Under the pieces are notes generated by a model. That model worked only from the letters and a program-made list of their open reading frames with translations. It ran no database searches and was not told the origin of the DNA. Shown here piece by piece: positions 22,837-35,500 of a DNA stretch of 55,737 bases. Numbering within the stretch: the stretch's first letter is position 1; every line of letters starts with the position of its first letter. Origin of the DNA: Chrysochromulina tobinii. Taxonomy: Eukaryota. A program made the translations under genes and the position numbers. Location: NCBI GenBank assembly GCA_001275005.1, contig JWZX01003112.1, positions 1 through 55,737 of the forward strand, in the 5' to 3' direction.

Positions 22837-24558
22837 CCGCCGACAGCGAGCTGTACGCGGGTCTGGAGCCTGCACTCGCATCGTCGCTGCACTCGATGCT
22901 GCACGACCGGCAGGGCCTCGAAGTCCTCGACCAAAAGGGGACCGACGAGAAGGAGAAGGTGCTCCCAGCGACGCGACGAAGCCCTCGTGCATGCAAGTGC
23001 TCACCACGGCGCCGTGCTCCCTTTTGCACAGGTGCTCCAGCGACGCGACGAGGCCCTCGTGCAGAACAAGGTCTTACGCGCCCTCTCGCGTCGTGGACTC
23101 TCCTTGAGGGAGCTCTTCCACCTGCTCGATACGAATGGCGATGGGGAGATCGACCCCTCCGAGTTCGTCAAGGGCGTGCAGGTGTGATGAGCGCGCGCTG
23201 AGAAGGATCGCTGAGTGCCATGGCGTGATGATCGCTGAGTGCGACGGATTGGCGCGAGATCGCATGCGAGTGCTCATCACGGCGCGAGATCGCATGTAAG
23301 TGCTCACCACGGCGCGAGTTCGCATGCAAGTGCTCACGACGGCGCGATATTGCATGCCCCGCAGGAGCTCGAGGGATGTCTGAGCGTCTCTCAAGTCGAG
23401 CGGCTGATGACCATCATCGACACCGACCACAGCGGCACCATTGACTTCCACGAGCTCGCCAAAGGGCTTCAGAAGATCGACCTGCGCGTCGAGGTGAGCG
23501 CGCCTCATGGGTACCCTCTGGGCCCCCCACCCTCTGCTTGCCCCTGCTTGCCTCTGATTGCCCCTGCTTGCCTCTGATGGCCTTCCCCTTGATCGAGCGC
23601 AGGTGTACGAGTATATGCTCGTGGTGATGCGCCTCTATTCCGCCGAGATGGCGCGCACGGCCCAGCTGCTTCGCGCTCGCTTCGATCAGGCACGCGCTGA
23701 TGTGGCCACCCAAGCCGCCAAGGACATTGACCTGGCCAAGGATCCCGCAGCCAAGGTGGCCGCCGCTAAGGCCGCCACCGCCATCGCGGAGCTCACGGCC
23801 AACGGCCAGCTGCCTGCCGAGGCAGTCAAGACACTTCTCAAGCAGCTCGACGCTCCCTTTGCGCCGGTACGACTGATGACGACTGATGACGACTGATGAC
23901 GACTGATGACGACTGATGACGACTGATGACGACTGATGACGACTGATGACGACTGATGACGCTCCCTTTGCGCCGGTACGACCGAGTGGATTCAGTTGGG
24001 GAGTGATGACCTCATGAGTTCCCGTATGTGCCTCGGGGTGCCTCTGAGTGCTTCCCTGATTGCACCCCTCATTAGGCGGACGCTAGCCGACTCATTCACG
24101 AGATGGGAAGGGATTCACTGCCGGCTGGCGCCGGCGGAGCCCCGAACGCGAGCAAACGCGCCTCTGAGCGCCTCTCCCTTGCACCCGATGTTGGGGGTGC
24201 GCCGCTCACGCTACCGATCAATCGCGACGCCTTCACACGCGTGTGCATCGCCAACGGGTTCACTGCACTGCAGAGCTCCGCGTTCAAGGAGATGGGGCAG
24301 GCCATCCAGTCCTCGGTCAACGCTATGATGGTCGCGAGCTCCTTCGTGCGCAAGCTCCCCTTTGGCAAGAAGAAGACGCTGCCGCCGGACGCGGGCGGAC
24401 CACTGATGACCACTGATGACCACTGATGACCACTGATGACCATTGATGACCGCCGGACGTGGGCAGACCAGCACCGGCCGAAGCCACCTAATTTGGTCCA
24501 AAAGGAGACGCCACCGGCGGACGCTGGCACGGGACGAGGCCGAGCGCCTCCGGCCTGA
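20415..24558 (+). CDS. Large coiled-coil protein with EF-hands (multi-exon)
   Basis: Long first exon with coiled coils. Later exons encode LDTNGDGEIDPSEF and IDTDHSGTIDFHEL. The 3' exon structure is uncertain. Confidence 0.65.
23872..23960. repeat. Intronic (GACTGATGAC)n tandem repeat
   Basis: About 9 perfect 10-nt copies. Confidence 0.95.
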
Positions 24559-24964
24559 GGTTGTGAGCCCAACAGAGAAGAAGGCACGGTATACGGAGTA
24601 GCATGTGGATTCCTGCAGCATGTGGGAACGTAGAGTACACAGGTCCGCCGCGCGTGCGCACAGCCTTTCGGCATGGGCCTTTCGGACACGTTACTGCTTA
24701 CTCAGCGAGTGTTCGACTCTTGGCTTAACGTGAAACGTCGTACACGTTACTCAGTCGAGAGTACCGAAAGATATAGATAAACGCCGTCCGTGGCGTGCCC
24801 GTAACGTAACGGTATGCCCACCAGCGCACGGTCGACATCGCGGAGAACGCACGCACGACGGCGAGCGCGAGGCCGACGCGGGCCGACGGCGACGTTCCGC
24901 TTAAGTAACGAAAGTGCTCTAAGGGATGGCGCGCGCCCTCGGCATTACAGTAAAGATTGCAGTC

Positions 24965-27397
24965 TTAAGCCCTGAGATTCGAATCGGAGTGCTCGAGCCT
25001 TGCGACGAGCGCGGGCGCGTGCTGAGCGAGCGTCGCCGCATTCAGCTTGCCAAGAGTCGCGACCGCAGCCTTACGCACACTCGACACGGAGTCCTCGAGC
25101 CTTGCGACGAGGGCGGGCGCGTACTGAGCGAGCGTCGCCGCATCCAGCTGGCCAAGAGTCGAGACCACCGCACAACGCACACCCGAATCGGAGTCCTCGA
25201 GCCTTGCGACGAGCGCGGGCGCGTGCTGAGCGAGCGTCGCCGCATCCAGCTGGCCAAGAGTCGAGACCGCCGCCTCACGCACACTCCAATAGGTGTGCAC
25301 GAGCCTTGCAACGAGCGCGGGCGCGTGCTGAGCGAGCGTCGCCACATCCAGCTGGCCAAGAGTCGAGACCGCCGCCTCACGCACATCCCAATCGGAGTCC
25401 TCGAGCCTTGCGACGAGCGCGGGCGCGTGCGGAGCGAGCGTCGCCGCATCCAGCTTGCCAAGAGTCGAGACCGCCGCACAACGCACATGCCAATCGGAGT
25501 CCTTGAGCCTTGCGACGAGCACGGTCGCGTGCTGAGCGAGCGTCGCCGCATCCAGCTGGCCAAGAGTCGAGACCGCCGCACAACGCACACTCCACACGGA
25601 GTCCTCGAGCCTTGCGAGGATCGCGGGCGCGTGCTGAGCGAGCGTCGCCGCATCCAGCTGGCCAAGAGTCGAGACCGCCGCACAACGCACATCCGAATCC
25701 GAGTCCTCGAGCCTTGCGACGAGCGCGGGCGCGTGCGGAGCGAGCGTCGCCGCATTCAGCTTGCCAAGAGTCGAGACCGCCGCCTTACGCACACCCGACT
25801 CGGAGTGCTCGAGCCTTGCGAGGATCGCGGGCGCGTGCTGAGCGAGCGTCGCCGCATCCAGCTTGCCTAGAAGCGAGACCACCGCACAACGCACACCCCA
25901 ATCGGAGTGCTCGAGCCTTGCGACGAGCGCGGGCGCGTGCGGAGCGAGCGTCGCCGCATCCAGCTTGCCAAGAGTCGAGACCGCCGCCGTACGCACATCC
26001 GAATCAGAGTGCTCGAGCCTTGCGAGAATCGCGGGAGCGTGCCAATCGGAGTCCTCGAGCATTGCGAGAATCGCGGGCGCGTGCTGAGCGAGCGTCGCCG
26101 CATCCAGCTTGCCAAGAGTCGAGACCGCCGCCTTACGCACACTCCACACGGAGTCCTCGAGCCTTGCGAGGAGCGCGGGCGCGTGCTGAGCGAGCGTCGC
26201 CGCATTCAGCTTGCCAAGAGTCGAGACCGCAGCCTTACGCACGTCCGTCTCGGAGTGCTCGAGCCTTGCGAGGATCGCGGGCGCGTGCTGAGCGAGCGTC
26301 GCCACATCCAGCTGGCCAAGAGTCGAGACCGCCGCCGTACGCACATCAGAATCGGAGTCCTCGAGCCTTGCGAGGAGCGCGGGCGCGTGCTGAGCGAGCG
26401 TCGCCGCATCCAGCTGGCCAAGAGTCGAGACCGCCGCACAACGCACATCCGAATCCGAGTCCTCGAGCCTTGCGAGGATCGCGGGCGCGTGCTGAGCGAG
26501 CGTCGCCGCATTCAGCTTGCCAAGTGTCAAGACCGCCGCCTTACGCACACCCGACTCGGAGTGCTCGAGCCTTGCGACGAGCGCGGGCGCGTGCGGAGCG
26601 AGCGTCGCCGCATCCAGCTGGCCAAGAGTCGAGACCGCCGCCTCACGCACATCCGTCTCGGAGTCCTCGAGCCTTGCGACGAGCGCGGGCGCGTGCTGAG
26701 CGAGCGTCGCCGCATCCAGCTTGCCAAGAGTCGAGACCGCCGCCTTACGCACACTCCACACGGAGTCCTCGAGCCTTGCGAGGATCGCGGGCGCGTGCTG
26801 AGCGAGCGTCGCCGCATTCAGCTTGCCAAGTGTCGAGACCGCCGCCTCACGCACATCCCAATCGGAGTCCTCGAGCCTTGCGACGAGCGCGGGCGCGTGC
26901 GGAGCGAGCGTCGCCGCATCAAGCTGGCCAAGAGTCGAGACCGCCTCCCTACGCACACTCCAATCGGAGTGCTCGAGCCTTGCGAGCGCCTCGACAACCT
27001 CCGGTGTGAATGCGGCCATCGTATATTCAAGCGCCGTCGCCGCCGCTTTTCGCTCCTCGCCAGCGGCGACGGCCTCCTCGGCTTTTTCTCCGGCTGGTTG
27101 CAAGTGCATGAACAACGAGAGCCACTCGGAGACTCCTTGCCGCGGATAGAACCGCAGCCGCTCGTTCAACTGTTTGTTCTCACCCCTTAATCTCTCGACC
27201 TCGTCCCTGAGCCGTTCGACATCCTTGCGCAGCTTCTCGAGTTCTTCTGAACAGTCTGCGCTGTTCGCGGCAACCGTTGGTGGCGCCGCGCTGGGGCTGT
27301 CACCGGCGGCGCAAGTCTCCGAACCGAGCGCCGAGTCCTGCTCCAGCAGGGTCAAGCCCTTGACACTGCTCGACAACGCGCGGAAGCTATGCTGCAT
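24965..27397 (-). CDS. Coiled-coil plus 34-aa HEAT-like tandem-repeat protein (copy A, no HET domain)
   Basis: Intronless 810-aa ORF with 19 full repeats of consensus EDSDSDVRxAAVSTLGxLDAATLAQHAPAILARL, plus one internally deleted unit and one terminal partial unit. Confidence 0.88.
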   Translation of the reverse strand: MQHSFRALSSSVKGLTLLEQDSALGSETCAAGDSPSAAPPTVAANSADCSEELEKLRKDVERLRDEVERLRGENKQLNERLRFYPRQGVSEWLSLFMHLQPAGEKAEEAVAAGEERKAAATALEYTMAAFTPEVVEALARLEHSDWSVRREAVSTLGQLDAATLAPHAPALVARLEDSDWDVREAAVSTLGKLNAATLAQHAPAILARLEDSVWSVRKAAVSTLGKLDAATLAQHAPALVARLEDSETDVREAAVSTLGQLDAATLAPHAPALVARLEHSESGVRKAAVLTLGKLNAATLAQHAPAILARLEDSDSDVRCAAVSTLGQLDAATLAQHAPALLARLEDSDSDVRTAAVSTLGQLDVATLAQHAPAILARLEHSETDVRKAAVSTLGKLNAATLAQHAPALLARLEDSVWSVRKAAVSTLGKLDAATLAQHAPAILAMLEDSDWHAPAILARLEHSDSDVRTAAVSTLGKLDAATLAPHAPALVARLEHSDWGVRCAVVSLLGKLDAATLAQHAPAILARLEHSESGVRKAAVSTLGKLNAATLAPHAPALVARLEDSDSDVRCAAVSTLGQLDAATLAQHAPAILARLEDSVWSVRCAAVSTLGQLDAATLAQHATVLVARLKDSDWHVRCAAVSTLGKLDAATLAPHAPALVARLEDSDWDVREAAVSTLGQLDVATLAQHAPALVARLVHTYWSVREAAVSTLGQLDAATLAQHAPALVARLEDSDSGVRCAVVSTLGQLDAATLAQYAPALVARLEDSVSSVRKAAVATLGKLNAATLAQHAPALVARLEHSDSNLRA

Positions 27398-27494
27398 TGT
27401 CCGCGACCCCGGACGTATGGCAAGACAGGACCGCTTTGGGGATGTCGGTTGCTAAGTTTGCGCCACGTGTGACAGACAGTTTCGTCAGAAAGTA

Positions 27495-27575
27495 GACAGT
27501 TTCGTCGCGGTTCAGCCTCAACTTCGGGTGTATTCTGACCACCTGCATGGACTACAGCTGTACCTGGGCCTAGAA
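27495..27575 (-). promoter_or_regulatory. Conserved upstream block of HEAT-repeat gene A
   Basis: Reverse complement of 43554-43634 with only a few mismatches. Confidence 0.55.
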
Positions 27576-27694
27576 ATTGTGTATGAAAAGACCAACTGCG
27601 ATGCGAAACGCGGTCCCCCGGTTTTCCCCCGGTCAGCTGGCGGCCGGCAGGACTAGCGACTACGGCAGGACTACGTGGGTCGGGTGGGGGGGCG

Positions 27695-28384
27695 TCAAAG
27701 AATCACACAGCTAGCCTGCCCTCCGTCCTCGCCGCGCTGTCGGATGGCATTCGAAGCGGCCAACTCGAGCACGCTCCTGGTCGGATCTACCATTGCGGGC
27801 AGAGTCGCCCCGGCGATCAGCAACTTCCGCACGACTTCTCCATGGCCTCGCTTCTGAGCGATGTCGATGGCGGAGACGGCGTTCGCCGTGACCGTCCTAG
27901 CGTCGACATCGGCGCCGGCGGAGATGAGCAGTGTGATGACATCCGCCTGCCCCCACGCGGCCGCGGCCATCAGGGGCGTAAAGCCCAAGAGCTTCGACGT
28001 GCCATTCGGATCCGCTCCGTTGAGGATGAGCTCCTTGGCCACCGACACGTGCCCTCGCTCAGCCGCGAGCATCAGTGCCGTCTTTTGACCAGAATCCATG
28101 GACGTGTCGGCAGGTACGCCCGAGGCCAAGAGTACACGTACCTTGGTCAGGTTGCCGCGGTCTATCTCCAACATGAGCTGCTCGCCGGTCATAGGCTGCT
28201 CAAACGAGGCCGGCTCTCCAGTGGCGGCGATGAGCCCTTGCTGCCTCGGAGCGACGACCTTAGTCCTGTATACAATGTCACCGTCGGATGTAGCGCTCAC
28301 CACCTCCCTGTTCAATGCGCGCACAGCCGAGATGCCACTGCCGCGCGGGCTGTGAGCGAGCGTCAGCATTGCCTGGACCCACAC
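27695..28384 (-). CDS. Ankyrin-repeat protein with C-terminal CaaX motif
   Basis: TALMLAAERGHVSVAKELILNGADPN and TPLMAAAAWGQADVITLLISAGADVD. Ends in CVIL. Start codon uncertain. Confidence 0.85.
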   Translation of the reverse strand: MWVQAMLTLAHSPRGSGISAVRALNREVVSATSDGDIVYRTKVVAPRQQGLIAATGEPASFEQPMTGEQLMLEIDRGNLTKVRVLLASGVPADTSMDSGQKTALMLAAERGHVSVAKELILNGADPNGTSKLLGFTPLMAAAAWGQADVITLLISAGADVDARTVTANAVSAIDIAQKRGHGEVVRKLLIAGATLPAMVDPTRSVLELAASNAIRQRGEDGGQASCVIL

Positions 28385-28825
28385 AAGGATTCAAGTCCAG
28401 TTTTTGCGGTGCACCCCAGGCAGGAAAGTTGGAAGAGGAGCTGTGTTTCGCATGCATGCTTGATAAACTCAGAGGCTGCGTGGTTTTGCTGGGCAATCGC
28501 GCGTTCAAAACGCATCGCGCGATGGCATCGGACCCCCGACCAAATCCGAAATCGAAGTGTGAGAGTATCGGCTGTCACAGGGAGGACCGGACTTCTTGCA
28601 TAATATTGTGATGTGAGTCTGTCCAATATTGCAGAGATAAGTCGTTAAGGACTTTTTGTTTACCGCAACAGTGTACGCCTACAACGAATGTACGTCAGAT
28701 GTACGTACTACTTACTTGTACTGCAGTAATACGCACTGCAATGTGCAAAGCGGCGGCGTGCCGTGTGCCATGCTTCTGCTCGGCTTCTCTGGCTGGCCTG
28801 CATGCTGGCCTGGCGCCTCCGGTTC

Positions 28826-31684
28826 TCATCCGACCGGCCGAGTGCTCACATAATGGTACTCGGCGAAGTGCCCCAGGTAGAGACGCGTGCGCAGCTCGAC
28901 TTTCCACACATCGGGCGGCTTGACCACGTGGCAGTAATCCTCGGAGAGTGACGAGATCACGCAGATCTCGGCCTTAAAGAGCACCTGCGGGGACGGAGGG
29001 CACCGTGGTGGGCACTTTATTTGCATGCAGAGGCGCAGTCGAGGGGCAATCAAGCCATACCGACATGGCGAGCAGGGTCGCCTCATCGATTGCATGCAGG
29101 GTCGGTATGGCTCTGCATGCAATCAAGCCATACCGACATGGCGAGCAGGGTCGCCTCATCGCCCCATGTGCGCCCATGCTGTTCCATCTCGGCGAGGTAC
29201 GCATGCCAATTGTCCACCCCCACAGAATCCTTGAGCATGAAGCGCTCGCCCACCTGATGGCATGCAATCGGGTGATGGCAATCGGGTGATGAATCACGCA
29301 ATCAGGTGACGGCAATCAGATGATGGATCACGCAATCAGCCCAAATCTGGCGCTGTGAGGCACGAGAGGCACTCGGGGGCTCTCGGGAGCAGCCCCATTA
29401 AGGTCATTAAGGTCATTAAGGTCATTAAGGTCATTAGGGCTTTCAGGAGCAGCCCTAGGCAACGTAAGGCAATCATCTTGCCATCGTCCATCGCTCGACT
29501 GCCATTCGTCAAATGCAATCACATGCAATCACATGCAATCATATGCAATCATATGCAATCATATGCAATCATATGCAATCACCTTGCCATCGTCCATCGC
29601 TCGACTGCCATTCGTCTTGAGCCATTGCACCGCCTTTTGACGAAGCTTGAGAGCATTGTAGCCGCCAAAGCCCACCTGCTCGAGCATCGCCATCCGAGGC
29701 AATCAGTGGCAATCACATGCAATCATACGCAATCAGGCTATCAGAGGCCATCACCTGCTCGAGCGGGCAATCAAATGCAATCATATGCAATCATATGCAA
29801 TCAGGCCATCACCTGCTCGAGCTGGTCGGCGATCGCGTGGAACTGGCAGTTGTTATCGCCGGGCACGTCCTTGATCTTGAAGCCGCGCACCCCAAGGTGG
29901 CGCGCGAGGCGAGAGCGTGGGTCCTGCGGCAGGTGCTTCTCGGCTTCCTTTTCGCGTGCCTTGTTAACGCGGTCGCGCAGCGCCTGATGAGGGGGGCAAT
30001 CAGAGGTCATCCAGACGCAATCAGAGGTCATCCAGACGCAATCAGAGGTCATCCGAGGCACTCCAAGGCACTTGCCACACACCGGAAACGGACTCAGAGG
30101 CACTCAGAGGCACTCAGAGGCACTCAGAGGCACTCAGAGGCACTCAGAGGCACTAAGAGGCACTCAGATGCAGTCAGAGGCACTCAGAGGCACTCAGAGG
30201 CACTCAGATGGCCTTCCCACCTGCAGCTCAGCCGACGGCTCCGACGCCACGATCCCACGCGTTGTGTTGGGCGCCATGATCCCACGCGTTGGCGGCTTCG
30301 CGCTTGGCGGCTTCGCGTGGTAAGGCCCCTCGCCACCAAGCGTGTCTGGCCTAATCGTGTCTTCCCAAATGTTCTTCGGCCTCTCCGACCTTGTCCCCGC
30401 CGCGGCGGCAGCGGCGGCGGCGGCGGCGGCGGCGCTGCCACCAATCTTTCCAGCGGGCATAGCGGCCATCGGGATGGCCACCTTGGGATACATGGTGTTC
30501 GCATACTCGTACGACGGCGGCGTTGGCGCCGGCCGCGTTGGCGTCGTTGGCGTCGGCTCGTCGGGTCGCCCACTACGGCGCTCGTCGGGTCGCCCACTAC
30601 GGCGCTCGTCGGGTCGCCCACTACGGCGCTCGTCGGGTCGCGCGAACGCCGACGGCCCTTCTGCGGCGCCGCCGCCCATGGGTGCGCTCACGACGGCGCT
30701 CAAGTCCGCAGCGTCGCCACCAGTGGGCACGTCGGGCGCCGTAGTGGGCATGGTTGGCGCCGTAGTGGGCACGTTTGGCGCCGTAGTGGGCAACATGGGC
30801 GCCGTAGTGGGCAGCTGATACGGGCCCGCCAGAGGCCGTGCGAGCGCCGTAGTGGGCAACGCGAGCTGCTGCTGCTCGACCTGCTTCTCGACGCCTTCGC
30901 ACCGAATCGTGTAGTACGGGGGCATGTCGTCGTTGTGAACCACCAAGACCTCAGCGGGGATCGGCGCACCCTGAGCCGGATGATAGAGGACCACGTCGCC
31001 CTTGGCGAACAGCACGGCGGGTGGCGGCGGGGCGCTCGGCGGCAGGGCGTAGGGAGTTCCGGGCATCGGCGACGGCGCTGAGACTCCCCGAGCAGGAGCC
31101 ATGCTCGAGGCGGCGTCCGTCGCATCGCCGCGCCCCAATACGAGCGGTACACCCGCTACGCCTGCCCCGGCGGCCGCTACGCCGGCCGCCGCCACGCCAG
31201 CCGCCGCGGCGGCGGCCGCAGGCTTGAGCTTGGGCTTGAGCTTGGGCTTGGGCTTGGGCCTAAAGCTGGCCCAGCGCTGCTCGAGCTGCGCAATCATGTC
31301 CATCCGAAACTGGTCGCCATCGGGCGCCGCCTCCGGCAGCGGCGCGGGCTCCGCCTCGTTGAGCATCCTCGTCAGCCGTGGTTTGAGCTCCTCGAGCGCG
31401 TCGACCACCGATAACAGGTCGCGCTGGAGTTTCAGGTGCGCCGTCGACTTTTTGTTGATGGAATTGGCCTTGCTGATCGTCTCGTAGAACTTTGCGAAGC
31501 GAAGCATGAACACAAAGGCCTCCTTTAGGCTGCCGAGTGTGTTCGCATTGTACTTTTGGAAGGCGACGACGCGCAGGTGCTCGGCCTGCTGGTAGAGGCG
31601 CTCGGGGTTTAAGAAGCTGGATTTGTCGCCGAGGGACCCGATCTTGTCGCCCTCGGCCACGAGCCGCTCCATCTCACGCCCCAT
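28826..31684 (-). CDS. OTU-family deubiquitinase with N-terminal helical (USP8/MIT-like) domain
   Basis: DVPGDNNCQFHAIADQL, WGDEATL and HFAEYHYVS catalytic motifs spread over several exons. N-terminal EAFVFMLRFAKFYETI and a Pro-rich linker. Confidence 0.85.
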
Positions 31685-31717
31685 GTTGAGAGTGCGAGCA
31701 CTTCCTCGCGCGAGTTC

Positions 31718-31753
31718 AGTCAAGTCAAGTCAAGTCAAGTCAAATCAAGTCAA
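31718..31753. repeat. (GTCAA)n microsatellite
   Basis: About 7 copies just upstream of the OTU gene. Confidence 0.85.
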
Positions 31754-32389
31754 AACTTATGGGAGCACCCACTCCGTCTCAAAGGACGGCACCGCTACCC
31801 CCGGTAAACACAAGTACTTTCAATGACATCTGAAGCGACTCGGGGGTGTTAAGTCTATCGTACTCGCTCTCGTGGGCTGTCCTCAGTTCAGAATACATGT
31901 ACATTTCAATTCACAATTGTTGCTAGTGAGAACGTCACGTCGGGCTCTCCCTGCGCACAGCGTACAGGGTTATCGCGTGATCAGCCCTGCCGCTCGCTGC
32001 CCGTAGATACTATTGGGCAAGCCAAGGGGCAAGCATTCGTGAACAGTCAGTACCACATTCAGAGTACGAGCTAAGAACGAGCCATAGAGTGGAGGGGGTG
32101 GGCAGCGATGTCCGATGACGCATGACCGGACGTTGACGACGTCGTACGAAGAACCGATGCGAAGAACACACGCTACGCCATAGACCGCCAATCTTAACCG
32201 CCAATCGTTCCGCAATCATTGATGAAATGCGGCAATCCCAAGATCGCGCGCCATGTCGCGCGCATGCCCGCGAACGTCGTCGTCGAGAGGCCGGGGGTTC
32301 AAAAAGGCTAAAAGGGGGATAGACCAGCACGGCAAAAAACGATATCATTGGCCAGTTTAGGTTATACTCCACAAGCATTCCATTCGCAT

Positions 32390-32564
32390 TCACCCCTGAC
32401 CCCGGGCTGCGGGCTTGGCGCCCTCCTCCGCTTTGTTCATGAGTTCACCATCAGTCTGCCTCTCGTTGCGCACCGGCGCCCCGTCTCATGTGCACTTGGC
32501 GCGCGCGCTCTCTCTCTGCAAGTTGAGTTTCCTCTCACGTTGCTGCTGCTGCGTCGCTCTGCCG

Positions 32565-32596
<32 letters not shown>

Positions 32597-35500
32597 CTGG
32601 AGCTGGTGCACGTGCTGGCTCTGGTCGTCCATATTAGGCACGCGCCTCTCATGTCTCACGCAAACGAGCGCACCTGGCCGCCGCGGCCGCCGCCGCCGCC
32701 GCCGCGGCCCCCTTTGGCTGCGGCGCCCTTGGCCGCGCCTTTGCCCTTTCCCTTTCCGCCTTTGCCCTTTCCGCCTTTGCCCTTGCCAGCACCTCCCTTG
32801 CCAGCCCCTCCCTTGGCGCCGGCCGCGCCGTCGACGGTGATGATGGCAATCGTGGACATGAGGGAGAAAGCGCTCATCGGGATGATCGAGAAGCTCACCC
32901 CTAGGCGGGCCGCGGGCCGCAAGCCGCTGCCGCTGCCCTCGAGGGGGGCGCTCTCAGCCCCCCGTGACGAAACCGCGCCCCGTGACGAAACCGCCTCCCG
33001 TGACGAAACCGCGCCCCGTGATGGTGTGGCCGCCACCGCCCCGTGTGTCTTCAGCTGCCCGCCGTGCCCAGATGGCACGCCCGCCTCCGCCGCCTCCGCC
33101 GCCTCCGCCGCCTCCACCTCCGCCAGCTCCACCAGCTCCGCCTCCGCCTCCCAGTCAAACACCTCCTCGACTGCGGCCACAGCCGCGGCGAGCCCTCGGA
33201 CCACGGCAGCGGCCGCAACGGCCTTAGCCCCCTTGCCCTTCTTGCCGACGAGCTGATGGCGAAGGTCATTAGCGCCCAAGCTCGCGCTCACGGCGCTCCC
33301 CTTGCCGCCCAACACGGCGCTCCCCTTGCCGCCCAACACGGCGCTCCGCCCCTTGGTGCGTCCTCCGCGCGCGTCCGGCTCGTCCTCCTCCTCGTCGTCG
33401 TCGTCGTCCTCGTGTTCGTCAAACGGTTGCTCGCCGTCCTCCTCCTCTTCGTCGTCGTCGCGTCGTCTTAAGCGCACTGCGAACGCAGGCTCGTCCTCGT
33501 CGTCCTCGTCGTCCTCCTCCTCCTCATCCGCTTCCACCTCCTGAGTGTGCTCGTCGTTGCGCGCGAATCCCTTGCCTTTCCCCTTGCCTGGCATCGACGA
33601 CCCCTTGGCACCGGCCGGGGCGTTGTGATGAGCACTTGCATGCATCGACGACCCCTTGGCACCGGCCGCGGCGTTGTGCGGGCGCTGTGCTGAGCTTCGC
33701 GGTGCCGACGGACGTGGCGCCGAAGGGCGCGGCGCCGACGGCGCGGGGGGCGCGGCGCTGTGCCGAGCACCTGGCGCCGTGTTGGGCTCCGGCGCGGGCT
33801 CAGGCACGGGCGCCGTGTTGGGCTCTGTCTCGGCGCTGATATCGTACACGGCGGACGAGAGGGTGAGCCGGATGACGCCCACGGCGGCGCGTAGCACCTG
33901 ATGAGGGAGGCAATCAGAGGTCATCAGGGTGAGGAGAGTCGGATGACGCCCACGGCGGCGCGTAGCACTTGGGAGCCATGATCGTGCCCTAATGAGGGAG
34001 GCAATCACATGCAATCACATGCAATCAATGCAATCACATGCAATCAGGCCATCACCTGGGAGCCATGATCGTGCCCTAATGAGGGAGGCAATCACATGCA
34101 ATCACATGCAATCACACGCAATCAGGCCATCACCTGGGAGCCATGATCGTGCCCTAATGAGGGAGGCAATCACATGCAATCACATGCAATCAGGCCATCA
34201 CTTGGGAGCCATGATCGTGCCCTAATGAGGGAGGCAATCACATGCAATCACATGCAATCAGGCCATCACCTGGGAGCCATGATCGTGCCCTAGGATCGCC
34301 TCGCCGTTCACAGCGACCAGGAGCTGCCCAGGCAAGATCTCGCCCGACTCGGCGGCGATGCAGCCTGGCACGACCGTCAAGATCGTCGGCGCGCTCTGGC
34401 TGTTCCCCTTGAGAGTGATCCCAAGTCGCGAGCTCGCCGTGGGCTTCTTCAGCTTGATGTTCACAGTGCCAGCCGCCCAGGGGTTGGCAGGTGGCGGCGC
34501 TGCCTCGGTGGCGGCGGCCGGCGCTGCCGCGGCGGTGCTGGCGGCGCCCGGCACGGCGCCCGCCATGAGTCCTTTGCCCACACCTTTGCCAACTCCCTTG
34601 CCCGCACCCTTGGCACCTTTCCCTGTCGACACCGACGCCTCGGCGGCGGCGCTCGTGACGGCGCTCGAGGCCGGCGCCTCCGACGAGGCGCCGTACCGGG
34701 CACTCTTGGGCCCTCCCTTGGGCACCGCGCCGTTCTGGGCGGCCGCTTCGACGGCCGTTGGCGCCGAGTGCAGCCCGAGGCCTTTCGCGCCTCTGACGAA
34801 ACCCTTGGCGCCCGCGACGGCGCCGACGGATGGCGCCGTACCGGGCACGGCGGCCGCCGCCCCGTCCACCGGCGGCAAGGTGCCATCCTCGACGCGCCGG
34901 CGCGCCTCGGTGAGCGCGAGCGTGTCGGCTTGCTTGAGCCACTCCTGCCACGTGGCAGAGGGTCATCAGCGGTCATCAGGGGCAATCAGCGGTCATCAGG
35001 GGCAATCAGCGGTCATCAGAGGCACTCAGCGCACCTGCCACGTGGCGGGCGCGCCGCCCGTCACGCCCTTGCCACCCCTGCCGCCCTTGCCCTTGCCAAG
35101 GAACGCACCGACCTTGCCCTCGGCGTCGAGCGCCGTCGCGGGCGCCTCGGCGAGCCGCCCACCCTTGCCTTTGGCGAACGCTTCGCCTTTGCCGAGGCGC
35201 GGCACGGGCGCACCGGCCTCGTCGCCGCCTTTGGCCGTCGCTGGGGCTGCAGCTCGCTCCGCGGCCGCACGAGCTGCAGCCGAGATCGAGATCGACATCT
35301 CGTCGGCGTCTCCGGCGAGCAGCTTCTCCTTTTCGAGCCGCAACCGCTCATTCTCCGCGCGGACGCGCCGAAGCTCTTCCCGCAGCTCCGCATTGGCAGA
35401 CATGCCGGAGGGCACATCCCCTCCTAGGTTCTCGAGCATTTGTTGCCGGGCGAAGGCCGCCGCGCCCTTGCCCTTGCCGCCGCGCGTACCGGCGCCAGCA

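Noticed and set aside
24926..27190. Long Arg-rich antisense and alternative-frame ORFs over both HEAT arrays (also 45041-47835)
   Set aside because: These are by-products of a stop-free 102-nt GC-rich repeat. Only the HEAT frame has a unique N-terminus and a protein-like amphipathic pattern.
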